A DNA stretch of 30,301 bases from Ignisphaera sp. (GCA_038821645.1 JAWBDT010000019.1:1-30301), one strand, 5' to 3'. Counted from the first letter of the stretch, positions 9,832 to 19,693 are shown. Program-made: numbers and translations. Notes: generated from the sequence alone by a model not told the origin.

Positions 9832-9895
9832 TCTGAATTCTGTCTACATCTAGACTTTAGGAGAGTAGCATTAGCGCTATAGATGGTGATACATC

Positions 9896-10981
9896 ATTTC
9901 TAGCGAATTTTTCGTTGGTAGATATAAAGATCTAGATACCATCATTAAGATAATCAAAAAGGTTGTTAATGGTGCTAGAGTCTTTGGATATAGAAGTGTT
10001 GATGGAGATATTGTTTGGGGTGAGATAAATGGTGTAGATGATCTTCCTCTAAATGTTTCTGATATTCAGAAACCAGGCTTCTATAGACTATCTAGAGGTG
10101 GTAGATTTAGGCATAGTTTTTTATCACCAAAGATATATCTCCATCCACCTGAACAAGTAATTTCAATTGTATTACCGAACTATGAATCTATAGATAGTGA
10201 TGTTGTTGATGTAGATAGAGTTGTATTGTTTGGTATTAAGTCTTGCGATCTAAAGTCTATCATGATTCTAGACTCTATTCTAGGTCTAAATAAACATCCT
10301 ATCTATACTAGAAGAAGAAGCTCTATAGAGTGTATTGTTGTTGAAGAGTGTCTAGAGCCTGGAGAAACATGTTTCTGTGGTGCTCTTGATGCAGGTCCTG
10401 ATGTTCATCGAGGTTTCGATATAGCTTATGCTAGACTTGATGAAGACGTTGTTCTGTTTAAGCATGGTAGCAATACTGGTAGAGAGATTATCTATAGAGC
10501 TAATCTAGAGAAAGCTGATAAAGATACCGTCTCTATATATCGAGAACTTATAGAAAAAGCTAGGAGGTCTACAGAAGCTCGTATACCCAGGATTAACGAA
10601 GTAAATGAAAAACTAAAGAAATCTATAAGCGATACAGAGCTATGGAGCAGATTAGCATCTAGGTGTATTGGATGTGGAAACTGTAACTATGTGTGTCCAA
10701 CTTGTTTCTGTATCGAGATAGAGGATCAAGTTTCAGAAAGATTTAGCAAAAGAGTAGCCAAATGGATTGGATGTTTAACGTATACCTATGGCCAAGTTGC
10801 TGGAGGTCATTTTAGAATCCACCTCTATACAAGGTATAGACATTTTGTGCTACATAAATTCATTTTCTATCCTATGCAGATAAATAGTATAGGATGTGTT
10901 GGATGTGGTAGATGTGTTACTTGGTGTCCCCTAGGAATAGATATAAGGAATACACTTAGAAAGGTTGCTGAATATGGATAG
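9896..10981 (+). CDS. Group 3b [NiFe]-hydrogenase/sulfhydrogenase beta subunit (4Fe-4S dicluster)
   Basis: CIGCGNCNYVCPTCFC and CVGCGRCVTWCP. Frame is open from 9890 and the part upstream of the ORF-track start (10226) encodes family-like Q.PG.YRL and SPK..L.PP. Confidence 0.88.
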   Translation: MSSEFFVGRYKDLDTIIKIIKKVVNGARVFGYRSVDGDIVWGEINGVDDLPLNVSDIQKPGFYRLSRGGRFRHSFLSPKIYLHPPEQVISIVLPNYESIDSDVVDVDRVVLFGIKSCDLKSIMILDSILGLNKHPIYTRRRSSIECIVVEECLEPGETCFCGALDAGPDVHRGFDIAYARLDEDVVLFKHGSNTGREIIYRANLEKADKDTVSIYRELIEKARRSTEARIPRINEVNEKLKKSISDTELWSRLASRCIGCGNCNYVCPTCFCIEIEDQVSERFSKRVAKWIGCLTYTYGQVAGGHFRIHLYTRYRHFVLHKFIFYPMQINSIGCVGCGRCVTWCPLGIDIRNTLRKVAEYG

Positions 10982-11825
10982 AGAGGGTATAGAGAAACAA
11001 AACATATTCACAGTTAAGAGAGCTATGGTTGTTAATGAAGTTGAAGAAGCACCTAATGTAAAGACGCTTACCCTAAAGATCGACAATGACTATAATGCAT
11101 CGCCAGGTCAATTCAATATGCTCTATGTTTATGGTTTAGGAGAAGTACCGATATCTATAGCTAGTCTCCCTACATCTATAGGTAGATCTATAGCTATTGA
11201 ACATACTATCAAAAGTGTTGGAGCTATAACGAAAGCTGTTGTATATAAAGTTAGTGTAGGTTCTATTGTAGGGATTAGAGGTCCTTATGGGAGAGGATGG
11301 CCTTTGGATGAGGCAGAAGATAGGGATCTGGTTATCATTGGCGGAGGTATCGGTGTAGCTCCTCTAAGACCTGTTGTAAAATATCTAGAGAAATTTAGAG
11401 AGAGATTCGGTAGAATCAATATACTGTTTGGTGCTAGATCTCCTAGAGATATCCTCTACAAATATGAACTAGATTCCTATAGATCTATACCGAACACAAA
11501 GCTTATGCTATCTATTGATACTTATTCAAGTGATTGGAGGCATCATGTTGGATTTGTTACTGATCTAATAGACTATATAGATATCGATGTACGTAACTCT
11601 ATAGCCTTTATATGTGGACCCGAGGTTATGATTAGAACAAGTATTAGAAAACTTTTGGATAGAGGATTTCGAAAAGATATGGTTTTTCTGTCTCTAGAGA
11701 GAAGGATGAGGTGTGGTGTAGGTGTTTGTGGTACATGTCAATTTGGTCACTACTTTATATGTAGAAACGGTCCTGTCTTTAGCTATAGTGATATAGAGGA
11801 CTATATATGGGTAGAAGGGATATAG
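10965..11825 (+). CDS. Group 3b hydrogenase gamma subunit (FAD/NAD(P)-binding, 2Fe-2S)
   Basis: PGQFNML, GEVPISI, RGPYGRGW, GGGIGVAP, CGPEVM, MRCGVGVCGTC..C. Likely start ATG 10974. Confidence 0.92.
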   Translation: MLNMDREGIEKQNIFTVKRAMVVNEVEEAPNVKTLTLKIDNDYNASPGQFNMLYVYGLGEVPISIASLPTSIGRSIAIEHTIKSVGAITKAVVYKVSVGSIVGIRGPYGRGWPLDEAEDRDLVIIGGGIGVAPLRPVVKYLEKFRERFGRINILFGARSPRDILYKYELDSYRSIPNTKLMLSIDTYSSDWRHHVGFVTDLIDYIDIDVRNSIAFICGPEVMIRTSIRKLLDRGFRKDMVFLSLERRMRCGVGVCGTCQFGHYFICRNGPVFSYSDIEDYIWVEGI

Positions 11826-11826
11826 A

Positions 11827-12594
11827 ATGTATGGTATAGCTATAGTTAAAGCAACTTCTTGTTCTGGCTGTATAAATGAACTCATATACTCTCTAACATC
11901 TGATCTCGATATGATCAAGACATACAGAATAGATTTCTTTCTAGAGCTTGTAGATAGAGAGACTATTGATGAAGTAGATATACTGTTTGTAGAAGGCTCT
12001 ATATCTAGTGAAGAACAAGAGAAACTATTGATCGATTTGAGAAAGAAAGCAAGAATTGTTGTAGCTCTAGGTACATGTGCATTAATGGGTGGTATACAGA
12101 GCCTTAGATCTGGAAGCAGTATTGATGAGGTTAAGAGGTGTGTATATCCAGAACCCCATCTGGTAGATGTCTATGGTGATGTGAAACCTGTGGATCAAGT
12201 TATACATATAGATTTCTTTCTCCCCGGATGTCCTGTAAATAGTGATGCTGTTACGTCTTTCCTTAGGAAGTTCTCTCTAGGTGGTCTGCCTATACATATA
12301 TATGAAAGTGTTTGTGGTGAATGTAAAAGAAGGAATATATCGTGTGTAATGGTTTCAAAAGGTATAGCTTGTTTAGGACCTGTAACAGTTAATGGATGTG
12401 GAGCTCTATGTCCATCGTTTAACCGTGGATGTTATGGCTGTTACGGTATAAAGAGCTACGATATAGATGAACACAACTTTAGCGAGTTTATTAAGGTGTT
12501 GCTGGATAAAGGTATGGATAAAGATAGCGTCTCTACATTAGTTAAGGGATACAGCTTCAAGCTGTATAAAAAGCTTGTAGGTGGTGATGTATAG
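11827..12594 (+). CDS. Group 3b hydrogenase delta (small) subunit
   Basis: SCSGC, VEGS, GTCA..GG, PGCP, CGEC..C..CLGP..GCGALCP...CYGCYG. Confidence 0.93.
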   Translation: MYGIAIVKATSCSGCINELIYSLTSDLDMIKTYRIDFFLELVDRETIDEVDILFVEGSISSEEQEKLLIDLRKKARIVVALGTCALMGGIQSLRSGSSIDEVKRCVYPEPHLVDVYGDVKPVDQVIHIDFFLPGCPVNSDAVTSFLRKFSLGGLPIHIYESVCGECKRRNISCVMVSKGIACLGPVTVNGCGALCPSFNRGCYGCYGIKSYDIDEHNFSEFIKVLLDKGMDKDSVSTLVKGYSFKLYKKLVGGDV

Positions 12595-13880
12595 AAAGGG
12601 TTTTGACTAGAGTTGAAGGAGAGGGAGAGATAGTGATTATCGATAGAGAAGGTAGTGTTGATTCTGTTGTATACAGAATTTCTGAAAGCCCTAGATTCTT
12701 TGAGTACATTATTAGAGGTAGAGATATATGGAGTGCTATCGATATTGTTAGCAGAATATGTGGATTATGTGGTGTTTCTTATGTATATACAGCATCAAAA
12801 GCTTTCGAAAAATGTCTAGGTATAGATGTAGATGAAGAAATTGAAAAAATTAGGGTTGCTCTACATCTAGCTGAAAGAGTTAAGAGCCACATGATACATC
12901 TATTCTATCTAAATCTACCAGACCTCGTGTATACAAGATCGTCTATAGAGTTCATCGATAGGAATCCAGAGATAGCTAAAGATGCTTTAAGAGTTATAGC
13001 ATGGTCTAGAAAAGCTATGGAGATATTTGGCGGAAGATTCCATAACGTCGTGAACATAAGGATTGGCGGTATCTATAGAGCACCAGAGAGAAATGATGTA
13101 GAGAAACTCTATAGAGAATTTAGTGAAGTTATAGAGAGTTTCACAAGGTTTGCAGAATTCTGTTTAAGTTTAAGAACTGTTCCAAAGTATCAGCATAAAC
13201 TTTCTGTAGCATCTATATACAGTAAAGAGTATCCACATACAGGTGACCATATCTCTCTTAACGGAACAATCTATAGTGTAAGCAAATTCTATAGAGATAT
13301 CTCTATAGGTATTCAGAAAAGATACTCAAACGCTCTACACTATAGGATAAAAGGTATTGAAAGCTATATAGTTGGACCTATAGCTAGATTTAATCAGTTC
13401 TATAGCTATCTGTCGAAAACAGTTAGAGAGCTTATTGAGCTATATGGATGGAGACAACCTCTAGAGAGTATATTCCAGGGATTTGTGGCACGTATTGCTG
13501 AAACATATGAAGCATTACTATATCTAGAAGAGTTCTTCAACAACTATAGGTATATCCATATACATAATGAGAGATACAGAGGTAGAGAATCTATAGATGT
13601 TTATGAATGTGAAGCTGCTATAGAAGCTCCTAGAGGTATTCTCTACCACAAATATAGGATTAACCAAGGCGGAAGAATAGAGTCATGCGATATAGTTACA
13701 CCTACAGCTCAAAATCTAGCTGCAATGGAGGATATAGCTTCAGAAAGACTTAGAGGAAGAAAGATAGATGATGAAGAAACAGTATCGATGGCTAGGAAGA
13801 TAGCTGTAGCATTTGATCCATGTATCTCATGCTCAGTACACATTATACCGATAAAGATACATAGAGCTTCAACTAAATAG
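12591..13880 (+). CDS. Group 3b hydrogenase alpha (large, Ni-Fe) subunit
   Basis: TRVEG, L1 RICGLC, EAPRG, L2 DPCISCSVH plus a 12-aa C-terminal extension. Start is ATA 12591 or TTG 12603. Confidence 0.95.
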   Translation: MERVLTRVEGEGEIVIIDREGSVDSVVYRISESPRFFEYIIRGRDIWSAIDIVSRICGLCGVSYVYTASKAFEKCLGIDVDEEIEKIRVALHLAERVKSHMIHLFYLNLPDLVYTRSSIEFIDRNPEIAKDALRVIAWSRKAMEIFGGRFHNVVNIRIGGIYRAPERNDVEKLYREFSEVIESFTRFAEFCLSLRTVPKYQHKLSVASIYSKEYPHTGDHISLNGTIYSVSKFYRDISIGIQKRYSNALHYRIKGIESYIVGPIARFNQFYSYLSKTVRELIELYGWRQPLESIFQGFVARIAETYEALLYLEEFFNNYRYIHIHNERYRGRESIDVYECEAAIEAPRGILYHKYRINQGGRIESCDIVTPTAQNLAAMEDIASERLRGRKIDDEETVSMARKIAVAFDPCISCSVHIIPIKIHRASTK

Positions 13881-14081
13881 CTAAACTATCTCTATCGAAA
13901 TCATCTACATCACAGTATAGGATGAAGCACTTTATCTAATCTTCTAATTCAAGTGATAAAGTATGGTGATGAAGAGTTTCATTGATTTACATAAGATTTT
14001 GGGTATCTATATAGAAGACACAATCTCTTGTAATAGAGGATTTGTGAGGTAGTGATCAATTCAAACAATATTGAACCTCAA

Positions 14082-14420
14082 TTACGGAGCATATTTGTTA
14101 AGTAATTTAGATAGTCTCTCCTTAAATTTCTGGGGATATGTTAAAAGAAGTTCGATTAATTCATCTTCACATATATCGCAATTGCTAACGAGTTTTGTTA
14201 TAGGTTTAATAACAACAGTCTTTGTTATGAACTTGATATCATCATCGTTATGGTAGAGATTTCTCAAAACACTTAAGAATTTGTCTGGCTCTTCTACCAC
14301 AAGAGATATGCAGTCTCTACCGTAGCTGATTTGACAAACAATATCAATCATATCGTATAGCCCGGGGACATATTCTCTTGAAATCTCTTTAACAACTTTC
14401 TTAAATCTATGGATATTCAT
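14082..14420 (-). CDS. Small helical protein downstream of the KaiC-like ATPase
   Basis: 112 aa, co-oriented, 24-nt gap after the ATPase; internal EEPDKF/TYPQKF similarity. Confidence 0.7.
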   Translation of the reverse strand: MNIHRFKKVVKEISREYVPGLYDMIDIVCQISYGRDCISLVVEEPDKFLSVLRNLYHNDDDIKFITKTVVIKPITKLVSNCDICEDELIELLLTYPQKFKERLSKLLNKYAP

Positions 14421-14444
14421 AGAGATTCTCTACCTCGAGACATG

Positions 14445-15866
14445 TTACTTGATATTGATTTTATATGAAGTTACTATATGTTTTAATGCTTCTGATAGAG
14501 TTTCTAGAAGAGTATCAAAATCAACTTTGTATAGTCTAGGGAAATCGTTTTGTTTCCATACATAGACATAGTTCTCTATACTTCTGTTAACGATTTCGTA
14601 GAAGAATCTTATAACTATATCGCATAAAGATGAAAGAATCTTGTATACCTCCTCTATATACGCCATTAATCCTATCAGAAGAACACCTCTAGACCTTAAT
14701 GCTTGAACTAAGTTGCTTATATCGTTGAATCCTTTGGCGATATTTCCATGTATAAGTGGATATAGAATCTCTAGACCATGTATAACAACTATATCTGGTC
14801 TATATCTATCGATACTACTCACTATATGTATAATGATTTCGTCAGAGGACATTGAGTATGGATTTATAGATTCTATTGCTACTACATGTCTCGATATCAA
14901 GTTCTTCACATCATCAATATCTATTCCAAATCTTGACACTATATTCTCGATAAAGTATTCTACTACATGTGGAGGTTCTGTAAAACTTATAACCAAGATC
15001 TTTAGATTATTCTCTAGAACAGGTTCAGCTAGAAAAAGCATAGATATATACATCCTAGAGTCTGGTGGATAAACTATCAGTATAACTCCATCAGCAGGTA
15101 TACTGCTTACAACATCTCTGAATAGAGGTGTCTTCAGGTTATAGAATTTACCAATTCTATTGATTTTCATAGGTATTGGTGGGATAAAGACCTCTAGACC
15201 TTTTCCTTCAATAATACGAAATGGTATTTCTGATATACGGATAGGAGATCCTCTAGCTTTTCTAATCTCTATATATCTTGAAATCATCTTTCTTTCAATT
15301 CTAGATTTAAGTATTAGAACAACATCAGCTACAAACTCTATAGAGCCAATATCTATCCTCTCTATATCTATAGGCATCTCTACAACAATTATAGTGATAC
15401 CGTTTACAACTAGCATTAACTGATAGAAGTAGTTTTGTAGCCATGCCCGTTTATCTGGATCAGAAACATATGTAAGTAACGCATTAATCGAATCTACCAC
15501 AATAACCCTAGGGCTATAGCTATCAACAACTTCAGAAATCGTTTTAACAACTTCATCAACATCTCTAGCTATAGGGATTCTGAGAAACAGTAGCATGTTT
15601 TGTTTCTCTTGCTCTTCTAGATATATACCAAGTTTCTTCATATTGTTGAAAAGCTTTTCTCTATCTTCTTGAAGAGATATGTAGAGACATTTATGTCCTC
15701 TTAATGTGTTTGAGTAGCATATTGTTGATGCAAGTGTTGTTTTACCTGAACCAGGATGACCAGCAATAACAACCATAGATCTAGGAGATAGTGAGCTACC
15801 TAAAAGTTCGTCTAGCTCATTAACACCGAATACATATTCTGTATCTCTACTCAATATTGTTACCAT
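14445..15866 (-). CDS. Two-domain KaiC-like/RAD55 RecA-superfamily ATPase
   Basis: FGVNELD, GHPGSGKT, VVDS, EFVAD, IRKARGS; second RecA-like domain with degenerate Walker A; GGTGA SD. Confidence 0.88.
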   Translation of the reverse strand: MVTILSRDTEYVFGVNELDELLGSSLSPRSMVVIAGHPGSGKTTLASTICYSNTLRGHKCLYISLQEDREKLFNNMKKLGIYLEEQEKQNMLLFLRIPIARDVDEVVKTISEVVDSYSPRVIVVDSINALLTYVSDPDKRAWLQNYFYQLMLVVNGITIIVVEMPIDIERIDIGSIEFVADVVLILKSRIERKMISRYIEIRKARGSPIRISEIPFRIIEGKGLEVFIPPIPMKINRIGKFYNLKTPLFRDVVSSIPADGVILIVYPPDSRMYISMLFLAEPVLENNLKILVISFTEPPHVVEYFIENIVSRFGIDIDDVKNLISRHVVAIESINPYSMSSDEIIIHIVSSIDRYRPDIVVIHGLEILYPLIHGNIAKGFNDISNLVQALRSRGVLLIGLMAYIEEVYKILSSLCDIVIRFFYEIVNRSIENYVYVWKQNDFPRLYKVDFDTLLETLSEALKHIVTSYKINIK

Positions 15867-15919
15867 AAACTCACCGTTATGATCGAGAATAAATATTTTA
15901 TAGAAGCTATGAAAAGGCT

Positions 15920-16420
15920 CTATCTATATGTATCTCTATGGGGTCCCTCGAATCTATATACCTCTTCTACTAGATGTTCAACTATATCTAGCAGTATCTT
16001 TATCCCTATCTCTATAGCTCTAGGAGAACCTGGTAAAACAGAAGCTATTTTTCCTGTAGGTAGTATATATAGTTCTGCTCTACTGAGTATAGCTCTAGCT
16101 CCCTCTAGCTCATACGATAATCTTCTAAATAGTTCTCCAAATCCCTGAAGCTTTCTCCAAGCCATTGACTCAACTACATCAACAGTTATATCTCTTGGGC
16201 TTGGACCTGTACCACCTAGAAAAACTATAATGTGTGTTTCTCTAGGTGATTCCATTACTACACGAACTATATCTCTATAGCTATTCGGAACTATATCTAC
16301 CTTAACAACGCTATATCCTCTACTTTTGATAAGCTCTACAGCTTTCTTACCACTAACATCTTTTGAAGGATCTCTAGAAACAGTATCGCTTACGATTACC
16401 ACATGGAAAAAAATATCCAT
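15920..16420 (-). CDS. moaB: Molybdopterin adenylyltransferase, MoaB/MogA family
   Basis: VSDT, D.SG, GGTGPSPRDIT, GFGELFR, LSRA, LPGSP. Confidence 0.92.
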   Translation of the reverse strand: MDIFFHVVIVSDTVSRDPSKDVSGKKAVELIKSRGYSVVKVDIVPNSYRDIVRVVMESPRETHIIVFLGGTGPSPRDITVDVVESMAWRKLQGFGELFRRLSYELEGARAILSRAELYILPTGKIASVLPGSPRAIEIGIKILLDIVEHLVEEVYRFEGPHRDTYR

Positions 16421-16454
16421 ACAGTATACACCATACTGTATTAGTTAGCTGAAT

Positions 16455-18323
16455 CTATCTGTATTTCAGTATATCGAAAGAATGTCTAGAGATTTTTACT
16501 GTAGCTCTAATCACGTTTTCTCTCTCTTTTATCTTCTCTATAGCGGTATTGCCTAGAGCTGATCCCTCTATTCTATCAATATTTAGCTTAGATCTATCTA
16601 CAACAATATCGAAGTAGTGTTGATGCATATTATTGTTCACTATAGCTATACTCTTTGAGTTATAGACGATAATAGAGGTATTCGATACTTCAGCTACTTC
16701 AGCTTGATTTAACTGAAGCGATGTTTCTTCATCTTGCTGTATCCTGAAATCTATCTTAACACCTACATATCTATAAACTATATCTCTTACTGCTTGTCTA
16801 ACTGGTTCTGGGAAATGATACAAGAAGCTATGGGGATATCTAGTTATGGGTGCTACAAATACGCTTGCACTACCGTGATTAACTTCGTATAGAGCTGGAT
16901 ATACTCTCCCTCTTCTATCTACAGCATACATATGAACTAAAACTTTTCCAGATGTCTTTAAGACTGGACCTAGTGGATAAACATACTGTTTTCTATGACT
17001 TCTACTATAGAAACTTCTCCCATCTGTAAAACCTATAGCCTCTACAATTCTCTCAATAATAGGGCTATCTCTATCAATACCAATAATATCGTAAGCATCG
17101 ATACCTAGAGCACCTTCAACTATTTTCTCAACAGCTGAAGCTGTTAGAAATACACTTACATCTCTATCTATAAGTCTGGCTATGTCTATGTGCTTCACAT
17201 AATCTTCTCTAACAAGAACTATATCGTTTTGACCAATATCTTCATATCTCTTAACAGTTATAGGTATCCCCATAAGCCCTAGAACATCCTCTATATAGTT
17301 ATCGTATGGTTTTCTTACAGCTGTTTGAAGAGCTATAGATATAAGCCCAAGTCTGTTAGATGTAACAAGGTCTTCGATTTTTCTAAGGTTATGTAAAACA
17401 TTTCTAGCTAATTCTACATGTTCTTCTCTATCTCTAGATACATACTCAAGTCCCTGGAAGAACGTTATCTCATCAACATCTCCAAGAAAGCTATACCAAA
17501 GCTGTTCAACAAAGAACTCTGGAGCAATAGTTGTAGGTATACCTAAACCGTTATAGGAATCAAACCATACACCTCTAAGCTTGTTACCAACAATACCTCT
17601 CACATAGTCTATAATGAATAGAGAGCCATATCTATATGTACCTTCTCTTGATTCTGTACCAACATATATACCATCGAATATACTGGACATAGCATAGAGG
17701 TCTAGACCTCTATGGAGAAATTCTTCACGCCATTCAGCAACCTTCAACACTATATCGATACCTTTATTAACGTCTCTAGCTTTATTAACAATTCTTTTCG
17801 ATACTGATTCAAGTAGGCTTCTAGAGTATATAGACCACATTCTCTGAATCTCTTCATCAAATCGAAGAAGCTTCAAAAGCAATGAACTGTTGAAGTTCAA
17901 TCCAAACATCTTATTGAAATTCTCTAGATCTCTCTGAGAATAACACCAATTAGCCCAAAAATCATCAACAATAACTTCATCGAATATCTGTGCTTGCTGA
18001 ACTACAGCTTTCTCAAACATCTCTATATTCCTATCGTCACTTACACATGCAAGAACCCTCCACCAATCAGCATTATCACCCATACCAGATCCCCACGTAC
18101 CTATAGCAACACCTCCAGCAACTCTGAAATCTCTCTCGAATATGTCTGCAAGTCTCGATACTACATCAGTATCAAGTAACTCACCTTCTCTATAGTTCTC
18201 TATATAGACTTTCTCAAAACCAAAATCCTTCAAAAACCTTAATAACAAATCTAATTGTATATTATTCTTCAAAAGATCCTTAACCGAGTAGGTAGTGATA
18301 TATAGAGCCAATCTAGTTTTCAA
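16455..18323 (-). CDS. Hypothetical protein, possible glycoside hydrolase (TIM-barrel-like N-terminus)
   Basis: 622 aa, no signal peptide, alternating beta/alpha pattern with IVDDFW, GTESR, WFD; in a sugar-uptake locus; SD GGGGTGG. Confidence 0.6.
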   Translation of the reverse strand: MKTRLALYITTYSVKDLLKNNIQLDLLLRFLKDFGFEKVYIENYREGELLDTDVVSRLADIFERDFRVAGGVAIGTWGSGMGDNADWWRVLACVSDDRNIEMFEKAVVQQAQIFDEVIVDDFWANWCYSQRDLENFNKMFGLNFNSSLLLKLLRFDEEIQRMWSIYSRSLLESVSKRIVNKARDVNKGIDIVLKVAEWREEFLHRGLDLYAMSSIFDGIYVGTESREGTYRYGSLFIIDYVRGIVGNKLRGVWFDSYNGLGIPTTIAPEFFVEQLWYSFLGDVDEITFFQGLEYVSRDREEHVELARNVLHNLRKIEDLVTSNRLGLISIALQTAVRKPYDNYIEDVLGLMGIPITVKRYEDIGQNDIVLVREDYVKHIDIARLIDRDVSVFLTASAVEKIVEGALGIDAYDIIGIDRDSPIIERIVEAIGFTDGRSFYSRSHRKQYVYPLGPVLKTSGKVLVHMYAVDRRGRVYPALYEVNHGSASVFVAPITRYPHSFLYHFPEPVRQAVRDIVYRYVGVKIDFRIQQDEETSLQLNQAEVAEVSNTSIIVYNSKSIAIVNNNMHQHYFDIVVDRSKLNIDRIEGSALGNTAIEKIKERENVIRATVKISRHSFDILKYR

Positions 18324-18436
18324 CCAACCACCCCAGAAGCTAGAGATTAAGGATCTTAATAAGCGTATACATAGACAATTATAGAGTAGATAGATAAAAA
18401 ATTAATATATGTAATACATGTACAGCTAATTTGAGA

Positions 18437-19693
18437 TTACTTTAAAGCTAGATGCCTTCTAATAATTACACCAACAAATATACCAAGCAATAGAATAGCT
18501 ACACCTATTCCAGCAATATACGTAAAATCTACTTCTCTCACCTTTTGAGTAACTACTTGAGTAACCATTACAGTCGATGGTACTGATACTGTTGATACTA
18601 CTGTTGATACTGTTGGCACAGTTAATGTTACAGATATAGTTGATGTTACAGGCTGAGTAACAGTTTCTCTTACTGTGGTAGCAATAGTAGTTATTTTTGT
18701 TTCTGTTACTGTACTTACAGTAGTTATTGTGTGTGCAATAGTTACTGTTTCTACGGATTTTATAACTGTTGCACCAACAAGGAACGAAACTTCATAAAGC
18801 CTCCACCTAAATTTACCTCCACCTTCTAGATTAGATCCCCACTCAAATGTATAGTCTATCATCTGGAGAATGTTACCTATAACATCTTCTCTAGTCCAAA
18901 TATCTGGTCTTAGTGATGATAGTATATTTGCTGCAAGAGCTACAAACTCTTGTATAGGTATACCAACTCTACCGTTACTTATTGGAGTAGTGATCTCGAA
19001 AGATACTGTTGTATGACTATCTGCAGATCTATCAATATTACCTACATAAACATCGAACTCTCTATACTCAAGAGTATTGTTTATGAGGATTGGTGCAACA
19101 ACAACAGCTTGAGGTTCACCTGTTACAGGCCATTCTGGATGTCTATAGTGTCTAACTATTACCAGCACATCACCAGCTTTTGTACCTCCATCACGAACAG
19201 ACTTAACAGTCCATACAAAAAGTGTTGCTGTAACAGGTAGAGTACATTCTTCTTCGTATATGGTGTAGTTTGCAAAGAATATTGCATATGGAAGTTCTGT
19301 CAATTTCCTAGGTATTCTATAGAGTGGATGAGCAGGTGGATTACCACCCCATATATTTCTACCATACCTGATACCTGGACCACCCTGCACACCCAACTGT
19401 TTAGGAAGATCCGTAAACTCTCCATAAACTTCAGCATATGTTCCTGTAAACTCCATAGTCATTGTTCCTTGAGCTCCTGCAGCCAGGTTCCAGAGATTAG
19501 CTATAAACGATGCGTGATCAAGATCAACCGTAGTCCATCTATTATCGGGTCCAGCTGTTCTTGTACCCTTGAATGCTGTTGGAAATATTATTGCTAAACC
19601 TCCAGTTTCTCCATAGACACCAGTAATAACAGATATTGTTATTAATACTATTTGTAGAAGGGCTAATAGTACTGTAAAACTTATTCTTTTCAT
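18437..19693 (-). CDS. Cell-surface GH12 (endoglucanase-like) homologue, probably inactive
   Basis: Signal peptide; NLWN, G.P.I.YG..W, P.K...L, PILIN, TPI..G.V.IP, EWG resemble thermophilic GH12; Thr-rich stalk and C-terminal TM helix. Confidence 0.8.
   Translation of the reverse strand: MKRISFTVLLALLQIVLITISVITGVYGETGGLAIIFPTAFKGTRTAGPDNRWTTVDLDHASFIANLWNLAAGAQGTMTMEFTGTYAEVYGEFTDLPKQLGVQGGPGIRYGRNIWGGNPPAHPLYRIPRKLTELPYAIFFANYTIYEEECTLPVTATLFVWTVKSVRDGGTKAGDVLVIVRHYRHPEWPVTGEPQAVVVAPILINNTLEYREFDVYVGNIDRSADSHTTVSFEITTPISNGRVGIPIQEFVALAANILSSLRPDIWTREDVIGNILQMIDYTFEWGSNLEGGGKFRWRLYEVSFLVGATVIKSVETVTIAHTITTVSTVTETKITTIATTVRETVTQPVTSTISVTLTVPTVSTVVSTVSVPSTVMVTQVVTQKVREVDFTYIAGIGVAILLLGIFVGVIIRRHLALK

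Noticed and set aside
13881-14081. Second C/D RNA (GTGATGA...TTGA) and short inverted repeats
   Set aside because: No C'/D pair; AT-rich; fits an ordinary convergent intergenic region
14445-15866. Circadian clock KaiC
   Set aside because: Second domain is degenerate and no kaiA/kaiB is present
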